A DNA stretch of 64,000 bases from an uncultured Clostridia bacterium. GTDB lineage: Bacteria > Bacillota_I > Bacilli_A > RF39 > UBA660. Shown here one piece after another: positions 8,945 through 19,069 of the stretch. The notes beneath the pieces are model-generated. The model was not told the origin of the DNA and did not search any database. It saw only the letters and a program-made list of their open reading frames with translations. The stretch covers positions 95,086 to 159,085 of the forward strand of contig CAOJDX010000001.1 in assembly GCA_948433435.1 (NCBI GenBank). The letters are read 5' to 3'. Positions within the stretch are counted from its first letter, which is position 1. Every line of letters starts with the position of its first letter. Both the position numbers and the translations under genes were made by a program.

Positions 8945-9433
8945 TTAGTTGATCATTCCTTCTATTATTTGAACATAAATTTTATGTTTTATTTTGTCTA
9001 TTTTTTCAATATAGGGACTATTTAAAGGAATTAATACTTCTTGATTTTTAATATTTAATCGTAGAATTTTATTAGTAGCACTAGCGAAAAAAATTTCTTT
9101 TATTATACCCTCCCCTATATTAGTAATAACGTTGTAAGTAATCAATTCTTCATCTAAAATTTCATTTTCGTCTAAATTTAAACTTTCTTTATCTATATAA
9201 ACTTTTTTCTTTAATAAAAATTGAACTTCGTTAATGTCTTTATAATGATCAAGAGTTATCATCTCATAAATCTTGTGATGTCGGTAAGAGTTTATCTTGT
9301 ATTCCTTTTCGTCAATTAATAAGGTATTATCTTTTCTAAAAACTTTATTTTTAAAAGGAAAATCCGAAATTATTTTTAGTTCTCCTTTAATTCCATGGGT
9401 TGACACAATTTTACCAATATAAATTTTTTTCAT
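8945..9433 (-). CDS. rimM: 16S rRNA processing protein RimM
   Basis: Its N-terminus reads IGKIVSTHGIKGELKI, and it sits upstream of trmD. Confidence 0.8.
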   Translation of the reverse strand: MKKIYIGKIVSTHGIKGELKIISDFPFKNKVFRKDNTLLIDEKEYKINSYRHHKIYEMITLDHYKDINEVQFLLKKKVYIDKESLNLDENEILDEELITYNVITNIGEGIIKEIFFASATNKILRLNIKNQEVLIPLNSPYIEKIDKIKHKIYVQIIEGMIN

Positions 9434-9436
9434 CTA

Positions 9437-10183
9437 CTATCTTCCTAACTCATATAAAAGAATCGATGTTGCAATTGCAACGTTTAGGCTTTCGACGTTG
9501 GCATTTAAGTTAATATATAAATTTTTGTCACACATATTACTAATGGAATTTCTCACTCCATTTCCTTCATTTCCAACTACCAAAGCATATCTTATTTTAT
9601 CCTTTTCTGCTAAGCTTCTGACATCACTTCCATGACCTACCAAAGTACCATAAACCGGAATTTCTTCTTGGTGAAGCTGTTCTATAGTGCTTTCTAAATC
9701 TTTTTTTATAATATTAATATGAAAAAACATTCCTTGAGTTGCTCGTATCGTTTTTGGATTATATAAATCTACAGTATTTTCTGATAGAACGATTGTATCA
9801 ATATTAAAAGCAACTGCACTGCGAATAATTGTTCCTAAATTCCCAGGATCCTGAATATTATCTATCAAAAGAATCTTATTCTTTAATTCTTCTTTTTCTT
9901 CCTGTTTATGACACAAAGCCATAATTGTTTGCGGTGTTTCTACAGTCGATATTTTAGTAATAATTTCCATTGGAAGATAGACAATATTTTTAATATCCAA
10001 TGGGAATACTTCCTCTTTTTCTAAAATTAATTCATCGATTAGTCCATTTTTGTAAGCTTCTAATACTAAGTGAGCTCCTTCTACAATGAATTGTCCTGTT
10101 TTATCACGATATTTCTTATCTTTTAATTTTATATATTTTCTCACTTTATCATTTTCTAAACTTGTTATTAGCATAATACTCAT
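9437..10183 (-). CDS. TrmH/SpoU family RNA 2'-O-methyltransferase
   Basis: It has the SpoU MTase core (IDNIQDPGNLGTIIRSA, ALVVGNEGNG). Confidence 0.75.
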   Translation of the reverse strand: MSIMLITSLENDKVRKYIKLKDKKYRDKTGQFIVEGAHLVLEAYKNGLIDELILEKEEVFPLDIKNIVYLPMEIITKISTVETPQTIMALCHKQEEKEELKNKILLIDNIQDPGNLGTIIRSAVAFNIDTIVLSENTVDLYNPKTIRATQGMFFHINIIKKDLESTIEQLHQEEIPVYGTLVGHGSDVRSLAEKDKIRYALVVGNEGNGVRNSISNMCDKNLYINLNANVESLNVAIATSILLYELGR

Positions 10184-10245
10184 CCCTCACAAACAGATTA
10201 TATCATATTTTCATCATTTATGATATAGTTTATATGAGGTGTTGT

Positions 10246-10401
10246 ATGGAAAAAAGAAAACTAGAAGTATCCTATGATCATAGTAACGAAAGAGATAAAG
10301 GAAAAATGAATACTTATACTTTTATCATTCCTGGTAGTAATTTTAAAGATATTCATATTTCAGTTAAAAATGATAAAAAGAAAAAAGAGAAGAAAAAATA
10401 A
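10246..10401 (+). CDS. possible small lysine-rich protein (51 aa)
   Basis: The ATG is preceded by a GAGGTG RBS in an otherwise empty intergenic region. Confidence 0.2.
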   Translation: MEKRKLEVSYDHSNERDKGKMNTYTFIIPGSNFKDIHISVKNDKKKKEKKK

Positions 10402-10403
10402 AT

Positions 10404-11057
10404 TTAAAATTCTTTCATCTCTTTTTTTATTTGTTTATAATCGGGACAGTTTTCGGCTACTAAAGACCAAAAGCTTGTTGAGTGATTAGCATGTATTAAA
10501 TGAGATAGTTCATGAATAATTACATAATCTAAGTATTTTTCTTCTCTTTTCATTAATTCCAAATTCAATGTGATAACTTTAGTTTTTGTATTACATACTC
10601 CCCATCTAGTGGTCATTTTTCTAATTCTAAGAGCTGGATAGGGAATTTTTTTGGAAAATTGATGATACATTTTGTCTAAATGTTCCTGAAAAATATTTTT
10701 TGCTTGTTTTTTATACCATTTATCTAGATCGAACTCTTTATTCAAAAATACTTTTCCATTTCCAAAGGAAATATCACAATATTCAGTATACACAATATCA
10801 TAATTCTTTCCTAAATAATAAAAATGGTTATTATTCTCTATTTTTCTTTTTTCTTTTTCAAGCATTTTAATAATAGAGGAGTAATTTTTTTCTAATAAAT
10901 TTTTAATATATTTTTCTGTTGTCAAAATATTTGTTGTAATATAAATTTTTAAATCTGGCTTGATTCTAATGTAAGTATTTTTATTACCTCTTTTTTTTTC
11001 TATCACGATCTCATATTCTTCATTGTCTACTTTAAGTTTCATCTTACCACCAAACAT
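10404..11057 (-). CDS. YgjP-like metal-dependent hydrolase (DUF45 / M48-like)
   Basis: It has WGVCNTKTKVITLNLELM and an HELSHLIHANH zinc motif. Confidence 0.7.
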   Translation of the reverse strand: MFGGKMKLKVDNEEYEIVIEKKRGNKNTYIRIKPDLKIYITTNILTTEKYIKNLLEKNYSSIIKMLEKEKRKIENNNHFYYLGKNYDIVYTEYCDISFGNGKVFLNKEFDLDKWYKKQAKNIFQEHLDKMYHQFSKKIPYPALRIRKMTTRWGVCNTKTKVITLNLELMKREEKYLDYVIIHELSHLIHANHSTSFWSLVAENCPDYKQIKKEMKEF

Positions 11058-11256
11058 ATTATATAAAATTCAAAGAAAAAAGGAAAGCCTAAATATTGAA
11101 ATGTAACTCTTATACTTTTAAGTTCATTTTATACTTTGATTCTAATCTAATTATGACTAATAAAGGCATAAAGAATAATATATGATGTATTCTTTTTGCT
11201 AAGAAAATATAGAATGAAGTTCTACAAAATAAGGCTTAAGTATTCTTAAAGAATCA

Positions 11257-13659
11257 TTATTTATCTCTTAAAACTGCATGACATTTTTGGGTTACATCAT
11301 TAATAATCTTATTAAACTGCACCATAACTTCTTCATCAGTTAAAGTACGACTAGGATCATTAAAAGTTAAATTAAAGGCAAGGGACTTTTCGTCTTCCAA
11401 AATATTTTCTCCAATATAAACATCAAATACTTTTATATTGGTTAATAATCTACCTCCACTTTTTCTAATTTGATCAATTAAAATTTGGGCTGGAACATCT
11501 TTCTTAATAATGAAAGCGACATCTTTTTCTATTTCTGGATACTTAGGAGCTGCTTTGTATTTAAGAGGTTTAGTTTCTTTCATTAAAGCATTCATAGAAA
11601 ATTCTGCTATATAAACATTATCCTTTAAATTTTTAGGATGAATGCGACCAATGACTCCAATTTCTTTTCTATCAAGCAATATTTTTGCTGACATACCAGG
11701 ATGCATATCAGGAAGATCTCCTTTTTCGAAGGTATATCGATTTCTAAACCCTAAATAATCTAAGATATTTTCAACAATCCCTTTTACTACATAAAAATCT
11801 ACCTTCAGATTATTATTCTGCCATGAGCTTCCATAATAATTTCCAGCCATTAAAATAGTGATTTTACTTTCTTCTATATAACTAGAATCGTAATATGTCT
11901 TACTAATTTCATATAGGAATATATCTTTTACTTTTCTAGCTTTATTATATTCATAAACTTTTATTAAACTGGGAATCAAACTAGTCCTGATAACTGATTT
12001 ATCAATACTCATAGGATTCGGTAAAACAATATTCTTTTTTTGCTCATAATTGAATGTTTTAGCCATATCTGGACTGGTTAATGTGTAAGTTTTTGTTTCG
12101 TTTAAACCTAGGCTTCTTAATCTTTTAGAAATTATTTTTCGATATTTTACGTCTCCTACATATTGTCCTTGTCTAATTGGTACAGTAGGAAGAGTGGAAA
12201 CTAAATTATGATAGCCATATAGTCTTCCTATTTCTTCAGCTATATCATTAACATTAGGATCAATATCTAACCTTCTATTGGGAATTGTAACAATAAATTT
12301 ATTATTTTCTATATGATAGGGAAAATCCAATCTTTGTAGTTCGATTTTCATATCATCCTCACTAATGGTAATACCAAGCATTTTGTTAATATCTTCTGGA
12401 ATAAATTCGACTATTTTAGGCTGTTTATCTAGTGTATCATAAGCAATAGTCCCAGAAAGCACTTTGGCATTGGCATACTTTTGCAATAAATGACAGGCTC
12501 TGTTAATAGCTTTTTCAGTGTATTCGTAATTTAGTCCTTTTCCATATCTAACAGAAGCTTCACTTCGAAGGTCTAAATTAGTAGCAGTATAGCGTATACT
12601 AACTGGATCAAATATAGCGCTTTCAATTAAAATATTTTTAGTATTTTCATCTACTTCTGTGTTTTCTCCACCCATGACTCCTGCAATACAAACTGGCTTT
12701 TTGGAATCAGTAATGACAATATCATTAGGTGTCAGAATACGTTCCTTTCCATCAAGGGTCGTTATTTTTTCCTTTTCGTTGGCATCTCTTACTAAAATAT
12801 GGTTTCCTAATTTATCTTTATCAAAGAAGTGAAGTGGTTGACCATATTCAAGCATTACATAATTTGAAATATCAACTACATTATTAATTGAGCGCATACC
12901 TGCTTCTGTTAATCTTTTTTTAATAAATTCAGGAGAAGGTCCTATTTCGATATTTGTAACCATTTTGGCTAAATAATAAGGACATTTAGATGTTTCTACC
13001 TTTAGAGTAAAATGATTAGTAATATGATCTTCTACTTCACTATAATCAGCAATTGGTAAAGTTACTTTACGATTTAATATTGCTGCTATTTCATAAGCAA
13101 AACCAATGTGGTAATAACAATCATTATTACGGTGTTTATGAATGTCTAATTCATATAATGTTCCTGCAAATCCTAAATATTCTAGAGGGTCTTTCCCTAC
13201 TGGAGCTTGATTATTCAATTCATGAATACCCTTATTATAGTTCTCTTCAGTTTTTTCTTCTAAGCCGAGCTCAAATAAAGCACAGATCATGCCATTAGAT
13301 TCTACTCCTCGAATTTTACTTTTTTTAATTTCAAAATCACCAGGAAGAATTGCTCCTACAAGAGCAACAATAACTTTAATGCCACTTCTCACATTAGGTG
13401 CTCCACACACAATTTGTTTCACTGTGTCATTGCCTATATTTACCTGACAAATATGTAAATGATCACTATCAGGGTGGTCAGTACATTCTATAACTTCTCC
13501 AATTACCAAATGGTCTATGTGGTTGGTAATTACTTTTTCTATATTGATCCCTGCTTTAGTAATTTTTATAGCTAATTCAGCTAAGTCTTGATCACTAATA
13601 TCAATATATTCTTTTACCCATTCTAAACTAATCATTTTATTCAGCTTCCTTTCTGTCAA
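11257..13659 (-). CDS. pheT: phenylalanine--tRNA ligase beta subunit
   Basis: 800 aa, and its start overlaps the pheS stop. Confidence 0.9.
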   Translation of the reverse strand: MTERKLNKMISLEWVKEYIDISDQDLAELAIKITKAGINIEKVITNHIDHLVIGEVIECTDHPDSDHLHICQVNIGNDTVKQIVCGAPNVRSGIKVIVALVGAILPGDFEIKKSKIRGVESNGMICALFELGLEEKTEENYNKGIHELNNQAPVGKDPLEYLGFAGTLYELDIHKHRNNDCYYHIGFAYEIAAILNRKVTLPIADYSEVEDHITNHFTLKVETSKCPYYLAKMVTNIEIGPSPEFIKKRLTEAGMRSINNVVDISNYVMLEYGQPLHFFDKDKLGNHILVRDANEKEKITTLDGKERILTPNDIVITDSKKPVCIAGVMGGENTEVDENTKNILIESAIFDPVSIRYTATNLDLRSEASVRYGKGLNYEYTEKAINRACHLLQKYANAKVLSGTIAYDTLDKQPKIVEFIPEDINKMLGITISEDDMKIELQRLDFPYHIENNKFIVTIPNRRLDIDPNVNDIAEEIGRLYGYHNLVSTLPTVPIRQGQYVGDVKYRKIISKRLRSLGLNETKTYTLTSPDMAKTFNYEQKKNIVLPNPMSIDKSVIRTSLIPSLIKVYEYNKARKVKDIFLYEISKTYYDSSYIEESKITILMAGNYYGSSWQNNNLKVDFYVVKGIVENILDYLGFRNRYTFEKGDLPDMHPGMSAKILLDRKEIGVIGRIHPKNLKDNVYIAEFSMNALMKETKPLKYKAAPKYPEIEKDVAFIIKKDVPAQILIDQIRKSGGRLLTNIKVFDVYIGENILEDEKSLAFNLTFNDPSRTLTDEEVMVQFNKIINDVTQKCHAVLRDK

Positions 13660-14677
13660 ATACTTTACTTTCTCTTAAATCAGTATGATAAAATACACGA
13701 CAATCCTCTATATCATACTTAAGCATTGCCATACGTTCAGCTCCGAATCCAAAAGCAAAGCCGCTCCATATTTTAGGATCGTAACCACTCATTTTTAAAA
13801 CATTTGGATGAACAATTCCTGCTCCTGCAATAGTAATCCAACCAGTATGTTTACATATGTTACATCCTTTTCTTTTACAATTAAAACAACTAATGTCAAC
13901 TTCTACTGATGGTTCTGTGAATTGGTAGTAACTAGGACGAAAACGTGTTTCAATGTTTTCACCAAATAGTTTTTTTACAATAATGTCAATTGTTCCTTTT
14001 AAATCGGATAAACTAATATTCTTGTCTACTAGTAAACCTTCTATTTGCATGAATTGATGTGAATGAGTTGCATCATCATCATCTCTTCGATATGTTTTGC
14101 CTGGACAAATTACACGAATTGGAATTTCTCCTTTTCCTTTTAGCATTGTTCTTACTTGAACAGGAGAGGTTTGACTTCGTAGTAGAATCTCTTCTCCTTC
14201 TATATAAAAAGTATCTTGAGCATCTCTTGCTGGATGACCTTTGGGAATATTTAGCATTTCAAAGTTAAATTTATCTTCTTCTATTTCAGGTCCATCAACA
14301 ACATCATACCCCATAGACATCATGATTTGTTCTACTTCTTCGATTAGTTTTTCTAAAATGTTAGGGGAACCGTTCTTTATTTTAGTAGCTGGCAAACTGA
14401 TATCAATCGCTTCCTTGTTTAATTTTTCATTTAATAAAATGGTTTCAAATTCTTCCTTCTTTTGTTCGTAAAAATCAATAAATAAAGTTCTGGCTTCATT
14501 TACTTTTTGACCAAATTCTTTTTTTTCTTCTGATGGAACATTTCTAATTTCTTGGTTTAGTTCCGATATAATTCCTTTTTTTCCAAGATATTTTATTCTT
14601 AGCTCATTTAAACTATTTAGATCAGTGACTGTAGCTTTATCTTTTTCTATTAAATTTTTAACTTCTTCTATTTTCAT
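13637..14677 (-). CDS. pheS: phenylalanine--tRNA ligase alpha subunit
   Basis: 346 aa with class II aaRS motifs (FRPSYYQFTEPS, GFAFGFGAERMAML). Confidence 0.9.
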   Translation of the reverse strand: MKIEEVKNLIEKDKATVTDLNSLNELRIKYLGKKGIISELNQEIRNVPSEEKKEFGQKVNEARTLFIDFYEQKKEEFETILLNEKLNKEAIDISLPATKIKNGSPNILEKLIEEVEQIMMSMGYDVVDGPEIEEDKFNFEMLNIPKGHPARDAQDTFYIEGEEILLRSQTSPVQVRTMLKGKGEIPIRVICPGKTYRRDDDDATHSHQFMQIEGLLVDKNISLSDLKGTIDIIVKKLFGENIETRFRPSYYQFTEPSVEVDISCFNCKRKGCNICKHTGWITIAGAGIVHPNVLKMSGYDPKIWSGFAFGFGAERMAMLKYDIEDCRVFYHTDLRESKVFDRKEAE

Positions 14678-14689
14678 CCTAATATATCT

Positions 14690-14950
14690 CCTTTATTTTT
14701 TGTTCTTAGATTATTTTTCAAAAAAAGATAACTATATTTATAAGGACGAAAGCTCGCGGTACCACCTTATTTTATAGTTATCTTACTATACACTCTTCTC
14801 TTTTAACGCAAGATTACGCTTATTATTAATAAGAACTCCTAAGACGAATTCATAAACTATCTTTTCTTGTTTACACCTACCACAAGCTCTCTATAAAAGA
14901 ATCATTTATTACTACTTCTTGATCAACATTGTTATTTTGTATTATAACAT
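14690..14950 (-). ncRNA. T-box riboswitch leader of pheST
   Basis: The minus strand contains the T-box sequence AGGTGGTACCGCGAG (plus 14753..14768). A terminator hairpin (GATAACTATA...TATAGTTATC) follows, and then a T7 run. Confidence 0.75.
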
Positions 14951-14957
14951 ATCATTT

Positions 14958-15512
14958 TTAAACTGTCAGTAATTCTTTTTCTTTTTCTTTTAGCAAATCT
15001 TCTATTTTTTTATTATACTGATTTACTAAATCTTGAACCTCTTTTTCCATACCTTTAGAAATGTCTTCTGATACTTCACTTTTTTCAATCTTTTCCATAG
15101 CATCGTGTCTAATATTTCTGATACTTACCTTAGCTTCTTCACTAATTCCTTTTACTTGCTTAATTAATTCTTTACGCCTTTCTTCTGTAAGTGGAGGAAT
15201 AATAATTCGGATTGTTTCTCCATCATTAGTAGGATTATATCCTAAATTAGAAGCTACTATCGCTTTTTCCATACCTGCTAAACTTCCTTTATCAAAGGGT
15301 TTGATTAATAATTGATTTCCTTCAGGAACAGAAATCGTTCCTAATTGTTTTAAAGGAGTTAGGCTACCATAATAATCTACCATAACCCCATCTAAGCTAG
15401 AAGGATTTGCCCTACCTGTTCTTACTGTTGTAAATCTTTTTTCTAAATTTTCTACTGATTTTTCCATTTTTTGTTTTACTTCATTTTTAATATCAAAATC
15501 CATTTTTTTCAT
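14958..15512 (-). CDS. frr: ribosome recycling factor
   Basis: 184 aa, matching the RRF consensus (VRTGRANPSLLD...). Confidence 0.9.
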   Translation of the reverse strand: MKKMDFDIKNEVKQKMEKSVENLEKRFTTVRTGRANPSSLDGVMVDYYGSLTPLKQLGTISVPEGNQLLIKPFDKGSLAGMEKAIVASNLGYNPTNDGETIRIIIPPLTEERRKELIKQVKGISEEAKVSIRNIRHDAMEKIEKSEVSEDISKGMEKEVQDLVNQYNKKIEDLLKEKEKELLTV

Positions 15513-15877
15513 CTCTCCTTGTATTTATTATAATATATAATTTTTATAAAGAAAAGGAGTTTTGAGTAATTTATCAATCAGAATTCTTTTGCTATTATAC
15601 TTATAAATATCGAAAAAATAGCCTACTTTCTATTATTAATAAGCTAAGCAAAAGTACTTTATTGAATAGTAAGATATTTATCAATAGACTATTCTATAAA
15701 ATTTTATAAAGTTTCCATACTGTTTTTTGCTTGTTGTTTTTCTATATTCACTATTTTGTGGCTTTCATTATTTAATTCAGAAAGTTAAGCTAGCATTTTA
15801 AATAGAAATTAGTATTCTAGGAATAGATTTTTAAAATAAAAAATTCCTCTCTATATCGCTTAATAGGTAGGAAACAC

Positions 15878-16123
15878 TCAAGCATTTTCAAGTTGTAGTT
15901 TTTCTGTAAATATTTTTAATAATTGTTGTTTTAACTCAACATCATCCACTTCGGTTAATTTAATTTGCCCATTTTCTAGTTCTTCAATACAAAATTTCAT
16001 TTTTGTTTTATTTGTATAACCAACTAAATATACATAATTAATCTGATTATAAGTAATTGTATCTAAAACTACATATTCTTCATTATCTGAAAGAGTAATA
16101 AGCATTTGTTTTTCTAAAATCAT
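15878..16123 (-). CDS. DUF1292-like small protein
   Basis: 81 aa with an acidic EEYVVLDT...YVYLV pattern. Confidence 0.5.
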   Translation of the reverse strand: MILEKQMLITLSDNEEYVVLDTITYNQINYVYLVGYTNKTKMKFCIEELENGQIKLTEVDDVELKQQLLKIFTEKLQLENA

Positions 16124-16124
16124 G

Positions 16125-16455
16125 TTATTTTCTTTTAACCTTAGGCTTTTCTAAATCAGTTGGTTCAACAGAAATTTCATTATCCTCTAGCTCTGTTTGA
16201 TTTAATTTAGCTAGCTCTTCACGTGCAATTTCTTTCGTATATTCATTGTAGCAATATACTATAGTAGAGAATACTGCAATATATGATATTAGTGATTTTT
16301 CATATGAGCTCGATACATCAAATGCTAGCGTTTTTAATGCACAAAGCGCACTAGCAAGTAGATATTTGAAATTTTCAGATGAAATTTTTGATATTTTAGT
16401 AACGTAATATACTTTCTTTTGTTCAACTGTTATTTCTTTAGTAGGATTTATTCAT
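16125..16455 (-). other. Possible unannotated ~108-aa ORF that lacks a canonical start, probably through a frameshift in an A-run
   Basis: An open frame encodes NPTKEITVEQKKVYYVTKISK...ALCALKTLAFDVSS...KPKVKRK. It ends in TAACATG, overlapping the DUF1292 start. An RBS GGAGGA and two ATGs (MNKNE*, MNKSY*) lie just upstream in the other frame, and deleting one A in AATAAAT would fuse them to this frame. Confidence 0.25.
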
Positions 16456-16609
16456 TTTTATTCATGTAAATCCTCCTTGACAGATAAATGTTACTATGGC
16501 TTGTTCTTTAGATCAATGTAGAATGTTTCAGTCTATATTAAAAGAAAAAAACAAAAGCAAGTTGACCATGGTTTTAATTTGTGATAGTTTAGTAAAGAAA
16601 GGATGAAAT

Positions 16610-17212
16610 ATGAAAAGAAAAATTTTTTTGTTGGTGATGGTATCTCTATTATCTATTATTACCATTACTGGATGTAGTAAAAATGATGAAAAAAAGGAGA
16701 ATGATACTATGTTAAAAGGAAAACATCATGTAGAAATCAATATTAAAGATTATGGAACGATCAAAGTAGAACTTGATGCTGATGAAGCACCTATTACAGT
16801 AACAAATTTTGTTAATTTAGTAAAAGATGGCTTTTATGATGGATTAACTTTTCATCGAATTATAAAAGATTTTATGATTCAAGGAGGTGATCCTGAGGGT
16901 AATGGCACAGGTGGTTCTAGTGAAACAATCAAAGGAGAATTTTATAATAATGGTGTAGAAAATGAGATTTCTCACCTACGCGGAGTTATTTCTATGGCTA
17001 GAAGTCAGGATTATAACAGTGCTAGCAGTCAATTCTTTATCGTACATAAAGATAGTGTGTTTTTAGATGCTGAGTATGCAGCATTTGGAAAAGTAACAGA
17101 AGGTATGGATATCGTTGATCAGATATGTGATGAAGCTGAACCAATGGATGATAATGGATCAATTGGTAAAGAAAAACAACCAGTAATTGAGAGTATTAAA
17201 TATGTAGAATAA
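16610..17212 (+). CDS. ppiB: cyclophilin-type peptidyl-prolyl cis-trans isomerase lipoprotein
   Basis: It has a lipobox (ITITGCSK) and the cyclophilin core FHRIIKDFMIQGGDPEGNGTGG. Confidence 0.85.
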   Translation: MKRKIFLLVMVSLLSIITITGCSKNDEKKENDTMLKGKHHVEINIKDYGTIKVELDADEAPITVTNFVNLVKDGFYDGLTFHRIIKDFMIQGGDPEGNGTGGSSETIKGEFYNNGVENEISHLRGVISMARSQDYNSASSQFFIVHKDSVFLDAEYAAFGKVTEGMDIVDQICDEAEPMDDNGSIGKEKQPVIESIKYVE

Positions 17213-17232
17213 GAGCAAAAAGCTCTTTTTCT
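17213..17232 (+). terminator. rho-independent terminator after ppiB
   Basis: AGAGC-AAAA-GCTCT followed by TTTTT, immediately after the stop codon. A second hairpin, AATTCAG...CTGAATT, lies at 17244-17266. Confidence 0.55.
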
Positions 17233-17266
17233 TTAACTAAAAAAATTCAGACTACTAACTGAATTT

Positions 17267-17449
17267 TTATTTATTCTTCTGAAAAATTTTTTTATTTTCT
17301 TCCGTATTTCTTATAGGATAAGCAAATTTGAAAAGCGATATTTCACCAGATTGAATCTCTTGTGGCAACATAAGTTGATATCTAAACTTTTCTAAACTAA
17401 CTTTTCTTATTTCCTCTAATTGAATCGATTTCATCTTTATTTTTTTCAT
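17267..17449 (-). CDS. small hypothetical protein (60 aa)
   Basis: It is preceded by an AAGGAAGTG RBS and lies downstream of, and co-oriented with, the membrane protein gene. Confidence 0.3.
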   Translation of the reverse strand: MKKIKMKSIQLEEIRKVSLEKFRYQLMLPQEIQSGEISLFKFAYPIRNTEENKKIFQKNK

Positions 17450-17484
17450 CTTTTATTCACACTTCCTTAACAATTTTGTCTTAA

Positions 17485-18237
17485 TTAAATAAGAGAACAA
17501 ATAAGTACCCATATTACACCAAAAATGATTCCATAAATCGTTTGTTTTTTCTTAATGTTTTTTATTACTTTTCGATATAATTCATAAACAATAAAATAAA
17601 TAGCCATTCCCATGATTATAGAAAAGAAAATTCCACTAGTAATGGCACTGCTTATATTGATAATCATCATTAATATGGTACCTAGTAGGTTAGAAATACC
17701 AAGAAAAAAAATCAGTAATCCTTTGTACCACTTAGCAAAATTATCTTGATTCAATAAAATGTAAATTAAAAAAGTCAAAATAATATTTCTAATTGCTAAA
17801 TCGATCGTTAATTGTACTGTTTCGCTAGTACTAATTAATATTGTGTTATATAGTTCCATTCCAATGATAAAGTTATATAAAATGAAAATAATAGAACTCA
17901 TAACTGCTATATGTACATAATTTTTCTTTTGCTCTTTTTTTGTCAACTTATTATTATCATGTCCTGGCAGATAATGATCGATTACTCTCATTATAATGGC
18001 CCCTACTACTAGAAAAATAAAAAATAAATATAGATGTTTAAACCCTAAACAATTATATACTTCTGGAAATAGATAAAGCACTGATAACATAATCACAAAG
18101 GAAAATAGAACCGCTAAAATAAAATCTATTTTCTTACTTAGTTTTTTCTGTTCAAACAAATAAGTGCTAAAGCATCCTATTAACGTAAATATCAATAAAC
18201 CTAAACTTAATACTATACTACATACATTTTTACTCAT
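17485..18237 (-). CDS. polytopic membrane protein, possibly a ZIP-like metal permease
   Basis: 250 aa with about 8 predicted TM helices and an HYLPGHD segment. The family assignment is weak. Confidence 0.45.
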   Translation of the reverse strand: MSKNVCSIVLSLGLLIFTLIGCFSTYLFEQKKLSKKIDFILAVLFSFVIMLSVLYLFPEVYNCLGFKHLYLFFIFLVVGAIIMRVIDHYLPGHDNNKLTKKEQKKNYVHIAVMSSIIFILYNFIIGMELYNTILISTSETVQLTIDLAIRNIILTFLIYILLNQDNFAKWYKGLLIFFLGISNLLGTILMMIINISSAITSGIFFSIIMGMAIYFIVYELYRKVIKNIKKKQTIYGIIFGVIWVLICSLI

Positions 18238-18251
18238 ACTAACACCTTCTT

Positions 18252-19067
18252 TTATCTGAATATTATTGTCATAATAACTATTACTGCTAATAATATTCTA
18301 TAAATCATAAAGGCTTTAAAATCATGATGATCTAAATACTTTAATAAAAATTTAATACATAATAATCCTGTAATAAAGGCTGCTAATATTCCAATTAAGA
18401 AAACTCCTAGATTTGCTTGAATCATAAGCCATGTTGATTTTTTTAAAAGTTTAATAGCAACTGCTCCACAAACAACAGGCGCTGATAAAAAGAAGGAAAA
18501 TTTGGCCGCATCTTCTCTTTTGATTTCCAAAATTCTTCCACTGGCAATAGTAGTTCCACTTCTAGAAAAACCAGGAATAAGGGCAAATACTTGACTACAA
18601 CCTATTATTATGGAATCTTTTAGAGTAATGTCTAAAACATCTTTTTTACTCTTACTCATTTTATCAGCTAAATAAATAATAATTCCCATGAAAAATAAAC
18701 TAAGAGCAATTAAAAGATAATTTTTGCGAACAAGTTCATCGATTAAATCTTCGAATAGTACCCCTGCAATACCAGCAGGAATTGTAGCAATTACTAAATA
18801 CCACAGAAGTCTTCCCTGTTTATCCTTTACTCCTTTAGTGAGTCCATTTTTGATCATATTGAAGAAATCTTTATAAAAGAAAACTAAAATGGCTAGAAGC
18901 GTACCTAAGTGAAGAGCAATGTCGAAAGTTAACTCCATATTTTTGCCCATAAAACTACCTATTCCAAATAAATCTCTAAAAATAATTAAATGAGCACTAG
19001 ATGATATTGGTAAAAATTCTGCAATCCCCTGAATAATCCCCAAAATAATAATTGAAAGAAGTTCCAT
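18252..19067 (-). CDS. uppP: undecaprenyl-diphosphate phosphatase
   Basis: It has the BacA signature GIAEFLPISSSAHL ... PGFSRSG. Confidence 0.85.
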   Translation of the reverse strand: MELLSIIILGIIQGIAEFLPISSSAHLIIFRDLFGIGSFMGKNMELTFDIALHLGTLLAILVFFYKDFFNMIKNGLTKGVKDKQGRLLWYLVIATIPAGIAGVLFEDLIDELVRKNYLLIALSLFFMGIIIYLADKMSKSKKDVLDITLKDSIIIGCSQVFALIPGFSRSGTTIASGRILEIKREDAAKFSFFLSAPVVCGAVAIKLLKKSTWLMIQANLGVFLIGILAAFITGLLCIKFLLKYLDHHDFKAFMIYRILLAVIVIMTIIFR

Positions 19068-19069
19068 AC

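Noticed and set aside
13053-15315. Several short plus-strand ORFs inside pheT, pheS and frr
   Set aside because: They are antisense to highly conserved genes and have no independent support.
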